A stretch of 64,000 nt of DNA from an uncultured Methanomassiliicoccales archaeon (GCA_964634095.1 CAZWKY010000002.1:313-64312), one strand, 5' to 3'. Counted from the stretch's first letter, positions 28,514 to 39,492 are shown. The notes: a model not told the origin generated them from the sequence alone. Program-made: numbers and translations.

Positions 28514-29480
28514 CCTCGACCTCATCCGTTCTGAAACGCTGCCTCACGGCGGTCTCCGACACATCCATTCTGACACCGGATGAGTACATCTCGCTTCCGA
28601 GCCATGCGATCATGGCGCCGTTGTCCATGCAGAACCTGCGGTCAGGGACGAACATTTCCGCACCCCTGGCCTCGGCCATCTCACGGACCATCTCGCGGAG
28701 GCGCATGTTCTGTGCGACACCTCCGCCCAGGAGGACCTCGTCCTTCCCTATGTGGGCCATGGCCCTCTCGGTGACCTCCGTGAGCATCGCGAACGCCGTC
28801 TCCTGTACGGACAATGCTATGTCCTCCAACGGGACACCTTTCCTCTGGAGGGAGAGTGCGGCCGTCATCAGTCCGGAGAATGCCACATCCATCCCCTTCA
28901 CGGAGTACGGGAGTTCATGGTACTCTTTCCCATCCTTGGCCAGTTTCTCAAAGATCGGACCGGCGTAGAACCCCATGCCGAGGTCCCTCCCCAGTTTGTC
29001 CAGCATGTTCCCGATACCTATGTCCTGGGTCTCGCCGAAGATCCTGTAACGTCCCTCGGCGAAGGCTATAACCTGGGTGTTCCCCCCGGATGCATAGAGC
29101 AGTGCGGGATCATGACATCCCGTCAGGGCACGGCCGATCTCGATGTGTGCGATGCAGTGGTTGACCCCCACTATGGGCACCCCCACCGAACATGCGAAGG
29201 CACGTGCGGCGGTACCGGCCACGCGGAGGCACGGCCCGAGTCCCGGACCCATGGAGAACGATACAAGATCTATGTCCTTTGGACGGAGTCCCGCCTTGTC
29301 GAGGGCATCGCCCATGACCCTTGACACGACATCCGCATGGTGGTTGGCGGCCTCCCTGGGATGGAGACCCCCCTCGGTCGGACGGAACATGTCGAGTTCG
29401 TTGGCCATGACGTTGTGATCGGAATCGACGATTCCGACGCCCAGAGTGTGGGCGGTCCCCTCTATCCCCAGTGTTATCAT
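28497..29480 (-). CDS. kae1: tRNA N6-threonylcarbamoyltransferase Kae1 (stand-alone)
   Basis: Motifs LGIEGTAH, VNHCIAHIE, SGGNTQ, DNGAMIA, RFRTDEV; no Bud32 fusion. Confidence 0.96.
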   Translation of the reverse strand: MITLGIEGTAHTLGVGIVDSDHNVMANELDMFRPTEGGLHPREAANHHADVVSRVMGDALDKAGLRPKDIDLVSFSMGPGLGPCLRVAGTAARAFACSVGVPIVGVNHCIAHIEIGRALTGCHDPALLYASGGNTQVIAFAEGRYRIFGETQDIGIGNMLDKLGRDLGMGFYAGPIFEKLAKDGKEYHELPYSVKGMDVAFSGLMTAALSLQRKGVPLEDIALSVQETAFAMLTEVTERAMAHIGKDEVLLGGGVAQNMRLREMVREMAEARGAEMFVPDRRFCMDNGAMIAWLGSEMYSSGVRMDVSETAVRQRFRTDEVEVSWRA

Positions 29481-29582
29481 CACATACCGCATCCATGGCC
29501 CTCCAGATAAGGGTTCTGGGGAGAGGTTGCCTGGAACTTAACAGATAGTTTTATATAATATCAGGATATCATGGGTATTGCT

Positions 29583-29658
29583 GGGCTCGTGGTCTAGGGG
29601 TTATGACGTCGCCTTGACATGGCGGAGGTCGCCGGTTCAAATCCGGCCGGGCCCACCA
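29583..29658 (+). tRNA. tRNA-Val(GAC)
   Basis: Anticodon arm TCGCC-TTGACAT-GGCGG; CCA encoded; TATA box upstream. Confidence 0.97.
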
Positions 29659-29804
29659 GCTTTCCTCACTTTCGATTTCTTGTGTGTTATCACCGTTTCC
29701 CAATCTTCTGCGAATAGGGATGTTGCTTCTGATGTACGACCCTTCGGAACATGGGGTTCCCCATGACCCGAATACAAAATACAGTTCTGTATAAAACAAC
29801 CCGC

Positions 29805-29822
29805 GACTGGACAAATGTCTGG
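29805..29822. promoter_or_regulatory. Candidate operator GACTGGACAAATGTCTGG upstream of the alanine symporter
   Basis: Imperfect palindrome, near-identical to 45984-46001 upstream of glnA. Confidence 0.5.
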
Positions 29823-29966
29823 CCGTTTGCCCGTTGTATTTATAGTTTTCTTCGGTTCGTACGTCCAGAACGGATACACCTAAATACTATCCAGAACGTT
29901 GGACGCACCGCAACATCCGTGGATTCTTTAGAAGTTTGAAGCGGAAAACCATCGGAAAGGATACAA

Positions 29967-31391
29967 ATGACTATCACTGATACGATCACGAACGTATTCA
30001 CTCCGATCAACACGTACGTGTGGTACATCGCATTCGTGTTCCTGGTCGGACTCGGAATATTGTTCACAATTAAACTGAAAGGTCTTCAGATCCTGAAGAT
30101 CGGGGAGACGTCCAAACTGGCGCTCTCCGGAACCAAAGAGGGATCTGGGGAGAAGACCGTTTCATCCTTTGAAGCATTCTGTATTGGTCTCGGTGCCCGT
30201 GTGGGTGTCGGAAACATCGCAGGAGTCGCAAGCGCCATCGTCCTCGGAGGACCCGGAGCCGTCTTCTGGATGTGGATCTTCGCCATCATCGGATCCGCAA
30301 GCAGTTTCATGGAATCCACCCTCGCCCAGATCTTCAAGGAGAAGAAGAGCGACGGAGGTTACCACGGCGGACCCGCATACTATGTTCAGAAGGGTCTCAA
30401 GAACCGTCCCCTCGCCGTCCTCCTCGCAATCCTGATCGTCATCACGTTCGGAATCGGATTCGTGGGCGTCCAGGCATCCAACTCCGTTAGCGCACTCGCA
30501 ACCGCTTTCGCCTTCGACAACAACGTCTACGTCTTCTCGGCCATCATCGCCATCGCCGCCGCAGCCATCATCTTCGGCGGAGTGAAGAGGATCGCGAAGT
30601 TCTCCACCAAGATCGTTCCCGTGATGGCCTTCCTGTGGCTCATCCTCGGATTCATCATCATCGTCATCAACTACGACCACATCATCGACGCGATCTCCAT
30701 GATCTTCACCTACGCATTCCAGTGGGAGTCCGCGGCAGGAGGTCTTCTCGGAGCCGTCATTATGAACGGTCTCAAGCGCGGAGTGTTCTCCAACGAGGCC
30801 GGTCTGGGATCCATCGCCAACATCGCCGGAACCGCGGACGTCAAGCACCCCGTCAAGCAGGGTATGATCCAGTCCTTCGGAACCCTCGTCGACACACTCA
30901 TCGTCTGTTCCTTCACCGCTCTCGTCATCCTCTGTACATACGGAAGCTACGAGGCCATCATCGGAACCGGACTCACCAAGGCACCCCTCGTGCAGGATGC
31001 CATCAGCCTGACCATCGGATCCGCCGGACCCATACTCGTGTCCCTGTTCATGGTCGTGTTCGCATTCACGAGTCTCATCGGATACTACACAATGAGTGAA
31101 TCCAACATCAGATTCATCTCCGACAAGAAGTCCACGATCTTCGCCGTCCGTATCCTCGTCATCCTCGTCGCGTTCTTCGGAGCGATCGGAGGAACCGACC
31201 TCATGGAACTGGTCTGCGACACGTTCATGGCGGCCATGGGTGCCGTCAACATGCTTGCGGTGTTCCTCCTCAGCAAATTCGTATACAGAGCATACGACGA
31301 CTGGAAGGCACAGAAGGCCAACGGTGTCGAGGATCCCGTGTTCCACCGTGACATCCTGGACGACCCGTCCGGAGTCACCGAGTGGGAGTAA
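29967..31391 (+). CDS. agcS: Alanine/glycine:cation symporter (AGCS family)
   Basis: Motifs RVGVGNIAGV, GGPGAVFWMW, GGPAYY, RGVFSNEAG.GS. Confidence 0.93.
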   Translation: MTITDTITNVFTPINTYVWYIAFVFLVGLGILFTIKLKGLQILKIGETSKLALSGTKEGSGEKTVSSFEAFCIGLGARVGVGNIAGVASAIVLGGPGAVFWMWIFAIIGSASSFMESTLAQIFKEKKSDGGYHGGPAYYVQKGLKNRPLAVLLAILIVITFGIGFVGVQASNSVSALATAFAFDNNVYVFSAIIAIAAAAIIFGGVKRIAKFSTKIVPVMAFLWLILGFIIIVINYDHIIDAISMIFTYAFQWESAAGGLLGAVIMNGLKRGVFSNEAGLGSIANIAGTADVKHPVKQGMIQSFGTLVDTLIVCSFTALVILCTYGSYEAIIGTGLTKAPLVQDAISLTIGSAGPILVSLFMVVFAFTSLIGYYTMSESNIRFISDKKSTIFAVRILVILVAFFGAIGGTDLMELVCDTFMAAMGAVNMLAVFLLSKFVYRAYDDWKAQKANGVEDPVFHRDILDDPSGVTEWE

Positions 31392-31394
31392 ACA

Positions 31395-31423
31395 GGAACC
31401 CGGACGGGAGACCGTCCGGTTCC
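31395..31423 (+). terminator. GC hairpin (GAGA tetraloop) after agcS
   Basis: GGAACCCGGACGG-GAGA-CCGTCCGGTTCC directly after the stop codon. Confidence 0.5.
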
Positions 31424-31548
31424 ACCTTCACAAACGACTTCCTTTTCTCAGAACCATCTACAACACAGATACATCACGCACAATGTCGGAGCGGGCATGT
31501 GCATGGAGGATGATGTGACGATTGTATGACAGAATGATGATGGAAGAA

Positions 31549-31634
31549 TGGCGCCGAGAGAGAGATTCGAACTCCCGAGGACAGGGTCCAGCGGTTTTCG
31601 AGACCGCCGCCATACCGGGCTTGGCTATCTCGGC
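31549..31634 (-). tRNA. tRNA-Ser(CGA)
   Basis: Anticodon arm GCGGT-CTCGAAA-ACCGC; long variable arm; G73; CCA encoded. Confidence 0.96.
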
Positions 31635-31743
31635 TTGGATTCCCCGATGTGTGGGAGGTATAAAATCCCTTTCACCTGCAGGTCGCCGATACACCGACGG
31701 GGAAAGAATAAACATCATATCCGTCATGCCATCGCGATACGAA

Positions 31744-33063
31744 ATGTCCGACATTGTATCCGATATCAAAAGGGCCAAAGCGGCATCCATCCCCCTGTCC
31801 GTCCTTTCCACGGACGTGAAGAACAGGGCACTGGAGGCCATGGCGACCGCACTGGACTCGAACCGCGAGACCATTCTGAAGGCAAACGCCGAGGACATGG
31901 ATGCGGCCAAGGTCATGCTGGATGCGGGCGAGATCACCGGCCCCATGTACAAGAGACTCAGGCTCGACGATTCCAAGATCGATGGTATGATCGCAGGGAT
32001 CCGCGATGTCATCCGCCTTCCAGACCCCGTCGGGGAGCAGATGTCGGCATTGGAGCTGGATGACGGCCTCACACTCTATCAGATAAGATGCCCCCTGGGC
32101 ATGCTGGGTGTTATCTTCGAATCCCGCCCGGACGTGGTCCCCCAGATCATGTCGCTCTGCCTGAAATCCGGTAACGCGGTTGCGTTCAAGGGTGGAAGGG
32201 AGGCGGCGAACTCCATCCGCACACTCTTCGACATCCTCAGGGATGCAGCCTCCGCATCGGAGGTGCCCGGAGATGCATTCGTCCTCATGGAATCGAGATC
32301 GGACATCGACACCATACTCGGACTCCACGGATACATCGACCTGCTCATCCCCCGCGGATCCAACCAGTTCGTCCAGTATATCCAATCACACACCATGATC
32401 CCCGTCCTCGGACATGCGGCGGGGATATGCCATATCTACATCGACAGAGAGGCGGACCTCCAACAGGCGGCACAGGTGGTCCTGGACTCCAAGATACAGT
32501 ATCCTGCGGCATGCAACGCAGCGGAGACCCTCCTCGTGGATTCCGCAGTGGCACGGGACTTCCTCCCCATGATGATGAGGATGTTCGCGGAGAACGGTGT
32601 CGAGGTCAGAGGGGACGACAGGGTCAGGGACATCATACAATGTGAGGAGGCGGCAGACGGTGATTGGGACACCGAGTATGGGGACCTGGTGATCTCCGCC
32701 AAGGTGGTGGACTCCCTGGAGGAGGCCATCTCGTTCATCAACGAACACGGATCCCATCACACGGATGCCATCATGACCAGGGATATGAACCGCGCATCGG
32801 TCTTCGCCAGGATGGTGGATTCCGCGGACGTGTTCGTCAACGCCTCCACCCGCTTCGCCGACGGATTCAGGTTCGGGAAGGGTGCGGAGGTCGGCATCAG
32901 CACCAACAAGATCCACTCACGCGGACCCGTGGGGATGGAGGGGCTAATGATCTACAAGTACGTCCTCGTGGGGAACGGACAGGTCGTGAAGGACTACGTC
33001 GGACCCAGATGCAGGGGATTCACCCATGTCCCCTCGGACACCGACTATCCCTTCAGGGGATGA
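31744..33063 (+). CDS. proA: Gamma-glutamyl phosphate reductase
   Basis: Motifs PLG..GVIFESRP, LIPRGS, YPAACNAAET, GAEVGIST.K.H.RGPVG. Confidence 0.96.
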   Translation: MSDIVSDIKRAKAASIPLSVLSTDVKNRALEAMATALDSNRETILKANAEDMDAAKVMLDAGEITGPMYKRLRLDDSKIDGMIAGIRDVIRLPDPVGEQMSALELDDGLTLYQIRCPLGMLGVIFESRPDVVPQIMSLCLKSGNAVAFKGGREAANSIRTLFDILRDAASASEVPGDAFVLMESRSDIDTILGLHGYIDLLIPRGSNQFVQYIQSHTMIPVLGHAAGICHIYIDREADLQQAAQVVLDSKIQYPAACNAAETLLVDSAVARDFLPMMMRMFAENGVEVRGDDRVRDIIQCEEAADGDWDTEYGDLVISAKVVDSLEEAISFINEHGSHHTDAIMTRDMNRASVFARMVDSADVFVNASTRFADGFRFGKGAEVGISTNKIHSRGPVGMEGLMIYKYVLVGNGQVVKDYVGPRCRGFTHVPSDTDYPFRG

Positions 33064-33067
33064 TCCC

Positions 33068-34177
33068 GTGGACAGGAGGGAATGTCTGGGGGAAGCGGAC
33101 CGCGTGGTCATCAAGATCGGGTCGTCATCGATCATGCGCAACGGGTCCCGCGTATCACGTGATTTCATGGATTCCGTGGCGGAACAGGTGAAACGCCTGA
33201 GGGATCTGGGGAAGGAGGTGCTGATTGTGTCATCCGGAGCCATACCCCTCGGACTGAAGAGCATGGGCGTGACCCCGAAACCCCATGAGATGCCCATCCG
33301 TCAGGCGGCGGCATCCGTGGGCCAGGGGATCCTGATGAGGGAATGGAGCGACTGCTTCCAGAGATACGGGATGCTGGTGGGACAGATCCTGATGACCATG
33401 GACACCTACTCCGACAGGGAGAGTGCGCTGAACCTCCACAACACCGTGGATTCCCTGTTGGCACACGGAGTGGTCCCCATCTTCAACGAGAACGACGCCA
33501 TCCGCACCCAGGAGATCAGGTTCGGGGACAACGACACCCTGTCGGCCATCGTGGCCAGCAGGACGGACTCCGACCTCCTGGTGATCCTCTCCGACATAGA
33601 GGGGCTCTATGACAGCGACCCCAGGTCGAACCCCGATGCGGAGCTCATACCCGTGGTCACAGATGTGGAGTCGGTGATGGGCGTCGCAGGTGATGCGGGC
33701 TCCAGCATGGGCACCGGCGGTATGAAAACCAAGCTCAACGCCGCCAGGATATGCCGCGACTCCGGATGCAACATGATCATCGCACTGAGCGGTGCGGAGG
33801 ACATCATCTACAGGGCTGTGACCGGAGAGGATGTGGGCACCGTGTTCGTCACGGGCACCGAGATATCCAAGAAACGCAGGTGGATCAAATCCGCCCATCC
33901 CTCGGGGACGGTCACCATCGATGCCGGAGCGGAGAGGGCGGTGTTGGACCACAGGTCCCTCCTGCCGATAGGCATCAGGGATGTCGAGGGTGTCTTCGAC
34001 AAAGGCGACGTGGTGGAGATCATCTGCGACGGAAGGGTCTTCGCCAAGGGCATCGTGAGCTACAGTTCCCAGGACCTCAGGTCCATCGCGGGGAAGCACA
34101 GCTCGGACATAGAGGGCATCCTGGGCTACAGGGTCCATGACGATGCCATAATCTCCGAGAACATAGCGGTCCTCTGA
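33068..34177 (+). CDS. proB: Glutamate 5-kinase with PUA domain
   Basis: Motifs VIKIGSS, VSSGA, NEND, FGDNDTLS, GTGGMKTK; C-terminal PUA domain. Confidence 0.96.
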   Translation: MDRRECLGEADRVVIKIGSSSIMRNGSRVSRDFMDSVAEQVKRLRDLGKEVLIVSSGAIPLGLKSMGVTPKPHEMPIRQAAASVGQGILMREWSDCFQRYGMLVGQILMTMDTYSDRESALNLHNTVDSLLAHGVVPIFNENDAIRTQEIRFGDNDTLSAIVASRTDSDLLVILSDIEGLYDSDPRSNPDAELIPVVTDVESVMGVAGDAGSSMGTGGMKTKLNAARICRDSGCNMIIALSGAEDIIYRAVTGEDVGTVFVTGTEISKKRRWIKSAHPSGTVTIDAGAERAVLDHRSLLPIGIRDVEGVFDKGDVVEIICDGRVFAKGIVSYSSQDLRSIAGKHSSDIEGILGYRVHDDAIISENIAVL

Positions 34178-34278
34178 CCCTGTGCATATGACTTTCCGAA
34201 AATGGGAATATTGCCGATAACGGGATCACGGACCGGATTTTCACACAAGGCTAATATACGGAAACTTTCGGCACATCC

Positions 34279-34752
34279 ATGAGCGAAGTGGTTTTCCACG
34301 AAAGACAACGCATGCTTCAGCCATGGGCGCTTATGGTACTGACCCTGGTGTTGGTCATACTGGAGGCGGTCACCCTCATGGATTACTTCGAGATCGTCGA
34401 TGTCGATGACGTCGACACCCTGTCCGTCTGTGTGGTCACCATCATAGTGGCCCTCGTCACCATCGGAGCGGTCTTCCTGAGACTGGATGTCACCGTCGAT
34501 GGCGAGTGTGTGACCATCAAGACCGTCGGCACCAGGAGGATCCCCCTGGCGGACATCGAAGAGGCCACCGTCCGTGACAGGGCCTATGCCGTACGCATGT
34601 TCGGAGGCTGGGGCATCAGGGTCTGGATCAAGGGCGTGGGTTATATCGCACCGGGCAACGACGGTGGCGTGGAGATCAGGGTGAAGGGTGCGAAGCACTC
34701 CATCATGATCACATCGATGGACCCCGAGGCATTACTGAGGGCCATCTCCTGA
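34279..34752 (+). CDS. Membrane protein with bacterial PH-like domain
   Basis: Two TM helices followed by RRIPLADIE and FGGWGIR. Confidence 0.65.
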   Translation: MSEVVFHERQRMLQPWALMVLTLVLVILEAVTLMDYFEIVDVDDVDTLSVCVVTIIVALVTIGAVFLRLDVTVDGECVTIKTVGTRRIPLADIEEATVRDRAYAVRMFGGWGIRVWIKGVGYIAPGNDGGVEIRVKGAKHSIMITSMDPEALLRAIS

Positions 34753-35289
34753 AACATCATCCGTGGGCGGGGACACGATGAACCCCACCGAATGGAGCTT
34801 CCTCTCCCCGCCCGCATCCTTCTTCGAATAACGTTCTATGTGCTGACCGAAGTTCTGTATCAGAACCTCCAGTTCCCTGTCCGTCGCATACACAGGCGCG
34901 GTCCAGTAGCCGAAGACCCCGTTGTAGGGATCCACCTTCCCGGGATACCTCAAAGCATACTCCCTGAACTGATTGGCGAATCCCACACAGAACGACATGA
35001 ACAGCACCGCGATGTCATCGGTCGAGGTATCGTTCGGATCGGGGCCGCACACCAGAGAACCCGACGGCGAATAGGTCTTCTCGACGGTTCCCCGCTTCTG
35101 CTGATAATCCACAACCTCCACGAACCCTTCCCTTTCCATCTTGTTGAGTATGCGGTACATGGTCGACCTCGGCGTATCCGGGTTGTTCTCACACAACCTC
35201 CTCACCGTGATGCGTTTCTCGCGAACGATGTCCAGGAGGATCTTGCTTGTGCGTGGGTCGATGAAGTACTTCAGAAGGCGGTCGTCCAT
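34732..35289 (-). CDS. Winged-helix (ArsR-like) transcriptional regulator
   Basis: FIDPRTSKILL..TVRRL..PRSTMYRILNKM..G.VEVV..RGTVEKTY. Confidence 0.8.
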   Translation of the reverse strand: MDDRLLKYFIDPRTSKILLDIVREKRITVRRLCENNPDTPRSTMYRILNKMEREGFVEVVDYQQKRGTVEKTYSPSGSLVCGPDPNDTSTDDIAVLFMSFCVGFANQFREYALRYPGKVDPYNGVFGYWTAPVYATDRELEVLIQNFGQHIERYSKKDAGGERKLHSVGFIVSPPTDDVSGDGPQ

Positions 35290-35387
35290 GTTCCATCAAC
35301 AGTCCCATTCATGGTAATAATCCTATCTATGAACAATTAACGGAGAGGACAACCAAAAAAAAAGCACCTGAGGATTATCACCTCTGT

Positions 35388-36365
35388 ATGAAGGATTCCT
35401 ACAGGTTCGCGATGGGATTCGCCATGTGCATGCTCATGATCGTGATGGATGTGGCCCTTTTGATGATGGAGGTCGTTGGAACAGGGGTTTTCACGGTCAT
35501 CCTCGTCGTGGCCATGCTCATGATCGTAGTCCCCACATTCTTCTTCAAGGGAACAAGGGTGGAACTCGGAATTGATTCCATGCACATCACGGCACCGTTC
35601 GTGGACCTGGACATACCGTACTCGTCGGTGACTTCGGCATCCTGTGTCGTGTCCCTGACCGCGGGGATACGTACATTCGGATACAGCGGAATCAGATACG
35701 GTAGCGGAGAGTTCTCCAACAAGCCCCTCGGAGGCTACATGAGGTCCGTGAACACCCGCGTCCCGTTGATCATCATCCTCAAGGCGCCCAAGAAGACCGT
35801 GGCGTTCAACATGAGGACCCTGGAGGAGACCAAGGAGATACTGGAGGAACTCAGGGGCAGGATATCCTGTGACATCACGGGAACGATCCCCGAAATGGAT
35901 CCCTCCGAACGCATATCCCCGATCGGAATGAAGGGGATGATCGCCATCATCGGCTCACTCGTGGTCGTGGCCCTAGTCGCATCCTCTCTATCCTTTGTCG
36001 GCCACATCACCGTCTCCCTGGAGGATGATTCCCTGGAGATCGATGCCACCATGATGAGGGAATCCGTCGACTACGGCGACATCACCTACATCGAACTCAG
36101 AACCGACGTGAACTATGGGTCCAGGGTCGGAGGGTTGGACAACGGGAAGGTCCTGACGGGGAACTTCGAGAACGGGGAGTTCGGGAAGTACAGACTCGCC
36201 GCATGGTGTTCCGTGAACACATGCATCGTCGTCCACACGACCGGGAAGACTGTGGTCTTCAACCTCGAAGACGATGGAGCGACAGAGGAGTTCTACCATG
36301 CCCTCAACGGAAGGTTGGATGGAACCGCACCCGCCCCGACGGGGATGTTCACTCCCTCGATCTGA
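35388..36365 (+). CDS. Membrane protein with two bacterial PH (bPH_5-like) domains
   Basis: Repeated unit of IPYSSV/VDYGDI, GIRTFG/GSRVGG, G.F.N...G.Y and VAFN/VVFN, separated by TM helices. Confidence 0.7.
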   Translation: MKDSYRFAMGFAMCMLMIVMDVALLMMEVVGTGVFTVILVVAMLMIVVPTFFFKGTRVELGIDSMHITAPFVDLDIPYSSVTSASCVVSLTAGIRTFGYSGIRYGSGEFSNKPLGGYMRSVNTRVPLIIILKAPKKTVAFNMRTLEETKEILEELRGRISCDITGTIPEMDPSERISPIGMKGMIAIIGSLVVVALVASSLSFVGHITVSLEDDSLEIDATMMRESVDYGDITYIELRTDVNYGSRVGGLDNGKVLTGNFENGEFGKYRLAAWCSVNTCIVVHTTGKTVVFNLEDDGATEEFYHALNGRLDGTAPAPTGMFTPSI

Positions 36366-36375
36366 GAACACGAGC

Positions 36376-36419
36376 GGGCTTCGGCCCTTTAGATCATAAA
36401 ACCGGGCCCGGAGGCCCGG
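36376..36419. terminator. Back-to-back hairpins between convergent genes
   Basis: GGGC-TTCG-GCCC followed by TTT on +, and CCGGGCC-CGGA-GGCCCGG followed by TTTT on -. Confidence 0.55.
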
Positions 36420-36436
36420 AATTGGTTTCGGACGGC

Positions 36437-37588
36437 TCATTTGGTGATGTCGTCGATGGTGTCCTTGATCTTCTTACCGATCTTGGACTTCTTGCTGGAG
36501 GGTGCGGCCTTGATGGAGGAATCCAGCTTCATGAGCAGTTCCCTCTCCTCATCGGTGACCTTCTTGGGCACGACCACGGACACTCTGACCATCAGATCGC
36601 CTCTGGCGGACGAGTTTGTCCTAGGGAGTCCCTTGCCGGGGATCCTCAGCACGGTGCCGACCTGTGTCCCTGCGGGGACCTTGAGCAGGACCTTCTCGCC
36701 CTCCAGGGTCTCCACGGTCTCCTCCCCTCCGAGCACGAGCTTCGGATAGGATGTGGTGATACCCGTCCAGAGGTTGGATCCGTCACGGTCGAAGACCTTG
36801 TCCTGCTTCACATGGATGACCACGAACAGGTCCCCTGCGGGTCCGCCGTTGTATCCTGCGTTCCCTGCACCGGAGACCCTGAGCCTCATGCCCTCCTCCA
36901 TCCCCTTGGGGACGTTGAGGTCGATGTGTGCCTCCTTGGTCACCCTTCCGTTGCCACGGCAGTGGGGACACTTCTCCGCGGAGGTCTTACCCTTTCCGCG
37001 GCAGTCGGGACAGTCCGATACTGTGACCATGTTCCCGAACGGACCTCTGCGCACCTGCTGGACCTGGCCGGAACCACCGCATGTGGAGCATGTGGTGACC
37101 TTTCCGTCCTTGCCTCCGGTACCCTTACAGGGTTCGCAGATGACGGTGTGGGGGACATCCAGGTTGACCTTCTTACCCTCGAGGACCTCCCTCAGGGTGA
37201 TTTCCAGGTCGTACCTGAGGGATTCACCCTGTTGGGCGGAGTTGCGGGATCCACGGGAGCGTCCGCCCCCGAACATCCCACCGAACAGGTCTCCGAACAG
37301 GTCGCTGATGTCGTCCGAGCGGGTGAAGTCGCTCCACTGGAAGCCTCCGTCACCGAACTGCTGGTTCACGGCATCATGGCCGTACTGGTCGTACAGCTGC
37401 CTCTTCTCCGGATCCGAGAGGACCTCGTAGGCCTCCGAGATCTCCTTGAACTTGGCCTCTGCGACCTCCTTCGGCTCTGACGAGACATCGGGATGGTACT
37501 TCTTGGCCAGGGAGCGGTAGGCCTTCTTGATCTCCTCGGGGGTCGCGGATTTCTCGATCCCCAGGATCTCGTAGTAGTCTCTCGGCAT
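36437..37588 (-). CDS. dnaJ: Chaperone DnaJ
   Basis: J domain with HPD, G/F-rich region, four CxxCxGxG repeats. Confidence 0.98.
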   Translation of the reverse strand: MPRDYYEILGIEKSATPEEIKKAYRSLAKKYHPDVSSEPKEVAEAKFKEISEAYEVLSDPEKRQLYDQYGHDAVNQQFGDGGFQWSDFTRSDDISDLFGDLFGGMFGGGRSRGSRNSAQQGESLRYDLEITLREVLEGKKVNLDVPHTVICEPCKGTGGKDGKVTTCSTCGGSGQVQQVRRGPFGNMVTVSDCPDCRGKGKTSAEKCPHCRGNGRVTKEAHIDLNVPKGMEEGMRLRVSGAGNAGYNGGPAGDLFVVIHVKQDKVFDRDGSNLWTGITTSYPKLVLGGEETVETLEGEKVLLKVPAGTQVGTVLRIPGKGLPRTNSSARGDLMVRVSVVVPKKVTDEERELLMKLDSSIKAAPSSKKSKIGKKIKDTIDDITK

Positions 37589-37594
37589 CTCTCA

Positions 37595-39460
37595 TCACTC
37601 GTCGACGATCTTGTAATCGGCGTCCACGTAGTCGCCGTTGTTCCCGGCGTTCTCCTGGGATGCCTGTGCACCTGCGTTGGGTGCTCCCTGCTGGGCACCG
37701 GCCTGCTGCTTGGAGGCCTCCTCGTAGACCCTCTGGCTGATGGGACCCATGACCTTCATCAGGGCGTCGATCTTGGCCTTGATGTCGTCGATGTTCTCGG
37801 TCTTGTTGGCTGCCTCGAGGTCGCTGACGGCGGCCTCGACGTTGGCCCTCTCCTCCTGGGAGACCTTGTCACCGAGCTCGTCGAGGGACTTGCGGACGGT
37901 GTAGACGGCTGTCTCGGCCTGGTTGTGGACCTCGACGGACTCCATCTTCTTCTTGTCCGCATCTGCGAACTGCTCCGCCTGCTTCACGAGCTCGTCGATC
38001 TCGTCCTGACTGAGCTTGTTGGAGGATGCGATGGTGATCTTCTGCTCCTTGCCTGTTCCCTTGTCCTTTGCGGAGACATTGATGATACCGTTGGCGTCGA
38101 TGTCGAAGGTGACCTCGATCTGGGGGACTCCGCGGCGTGCAGGGGGTATTCCGTCGAGGACGAACTTTCCGAGGGAGGTGTTGTCAGCGGCCATGGGCCT
38201 CTCTCCCTGAACGACGTTGATCTCCACGGAGGGCTGGTTGTCCACTGCGGTGGAGAACACCTGTGACTTCTTGGTGGGAATCGTGGTGTTCCTCTCGATG
38301 AGCTTGGTGGCCACTCCGCCCAGGGTCTCGATACCGAGGGACAGAGGGGTGACATCGAGCAGCAGGACATCCTTGACCTCTCCGGAGAGGACGGCTCCCT
38401 GGATGGACGCTCCCATCGAGACGCACTCCATGGGGTCGATTCCGCGCTGGATCTTGGGTCCGACGATGGACTCCACGAAGTTCTGGACGATGGGCATCCT
38501 GGTGGGTCCTCCGACCATGATGATCTTGTCGATCTTGTCGTTGGAGAGGTGTGCGTCGGAGATAGCCTGTGTGATGGACTGTCTGCACCTGGCGACGATG
38601 GGCTCCACGAGCTCCTCGAGCTTGGCGCGGGTGACGGTCTGGATCAGGTGCTTGGGTCCGGATGCGTCGGATGAGATGAAGGGCAGGTTGATCTCGGTCT
38701 GCATTGTGGTGGACAGTTCGATCTTGGCCTTCTCGCATGCCTCCCTGACCCTCCAGAATGCCATGTTGTCCTTGGCGAGGTCGATTCCGGTCTCCTTCTG
38801 GAACTCACCGATGACGTACTTGGTGAGGGCCTCATCCATGTCGGATCCACCGAGCTGGGTGTCTCCGGATGTGGACAGGACCTCGAACACGCCGTCGCTG
38901 AAGTCCATGATTGTGACATCCAGGGTTCCTCCTCCGAGGTCGAAGACCATGATCTTCTGCTCCACGTCGGATTTGTCGAGTCCGTAGGCCAGTGCGGCGG
39001 CTGTGGGCTCGTTGATGATACGGACGACCTCGAGGCCTGCGATGGCCCCTGCATCCTTGGTGGCCTGCCTCTGGTTGTCGTTGAAATATGCGGGGACGGT
39101 GATGACCGCCTTGTCGACGGACTCTCCGAGGTATGACTCGGCATCCTTCTTGATCTTCTGGAGGATGAATGCGGAGATCTGCTGGGGGGTGTACTCCTTA
39201 CCGAGTGCGGTCACCTTCTCGCTGGTTCCCATCTTCCTCTTGACGTTCTTGATCGTTCCGTCGGGGTTGGTGACGGCCTGCCTCCTTGCGGGCTCTCCGA
39301 CCAGGAGCTGTCCGTCCTTTGTGAATGCAACGTATGAGGGGAATGATTTCCCTCCGACACTGGTCCCCTCTGCGCTGGGGATCATCGTGGGCCTTCCACC
39401 CTCCATAATAGAGGCGGCCGAGTTGCTTGTTCCGAGGTCGATTCCGATTATTCTTGACAT
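37595..39460 (-). CDS. dnaK: Chaperone DnaK (Hsp70)
   Basis: Motifs [36 protein letters not shown]. Confidence 0.99.
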   Translation of the reverse strand: MSRIIGIDLGTSNSAASIMEGGRPTMIPSAEGTSVGGKSFPSYVAFTKDGQLLVGEPARRQAVTNPDGTIKNVKRKMGTSEKVTALGKEYTPQQISAFILQKIKKDAESYLGESVDKAVITVPAYFNDNQRQATKDAGAIAGLEVVRIINEPTAAALAYGLDKSDVEQKIMVFDLGGGTLDVTIMDFSDGVFEVLSTSGDTQLGGSDMDEALTKYVIGEFQKETGIDLAKDNMAFWRVREACEKAKIELSTTMQTEINLPFISSDASGPKHLIQTVTRAKLEELVEPIVARCRQSITQAISDAHLSNDKIDKIIMVGGPTRMPIVQNFVESIVGPKIQRGIDPMECVSMGASIQGAVLSGEVKDVLLLDVTPLSLGIETLGGVATKLIERNTTIPTKKSQVFSTAVDNQPSVEINVVQGERPMAADNTSLGKFVLDGIPPARRGVPQIEVTFDIDANGIINVSAKDKGTGKEQKITIASSNKLSQDEIDELVKQAEQFADADKKKMESVEVHNQAETAVYTVRKSLDELGDKVSQEERANVEAAVSDLEAANKTENIDDIKAKIDALMKVMGPISQRVYEEASKQQAGAQQGAPNAGAQASQENAGNNGDYVDADYKIVDE

Positions 39461-39492
39461 TTCTGCTCACCTTCTTGTTTTTAAACCGTTTC

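Noticed and set aside
29659-29966. Glycine riboswitch in the agcS leader
   Set aside because: No glycine-aptamer consensus was seen; the region is AT-rich promoter DNA with palindromes.
31744-34177. proA-before-proB order as novel
   Set aside because: A simple rearrangement of standard intact enzymes with no functional implication visible.
35355-35363. A9 tract as a phase-variation switch
   Set aside because: It is non-coding and short, and is equally explained as a minus-strand oligo-T terminator; there is no evidence of length variation.
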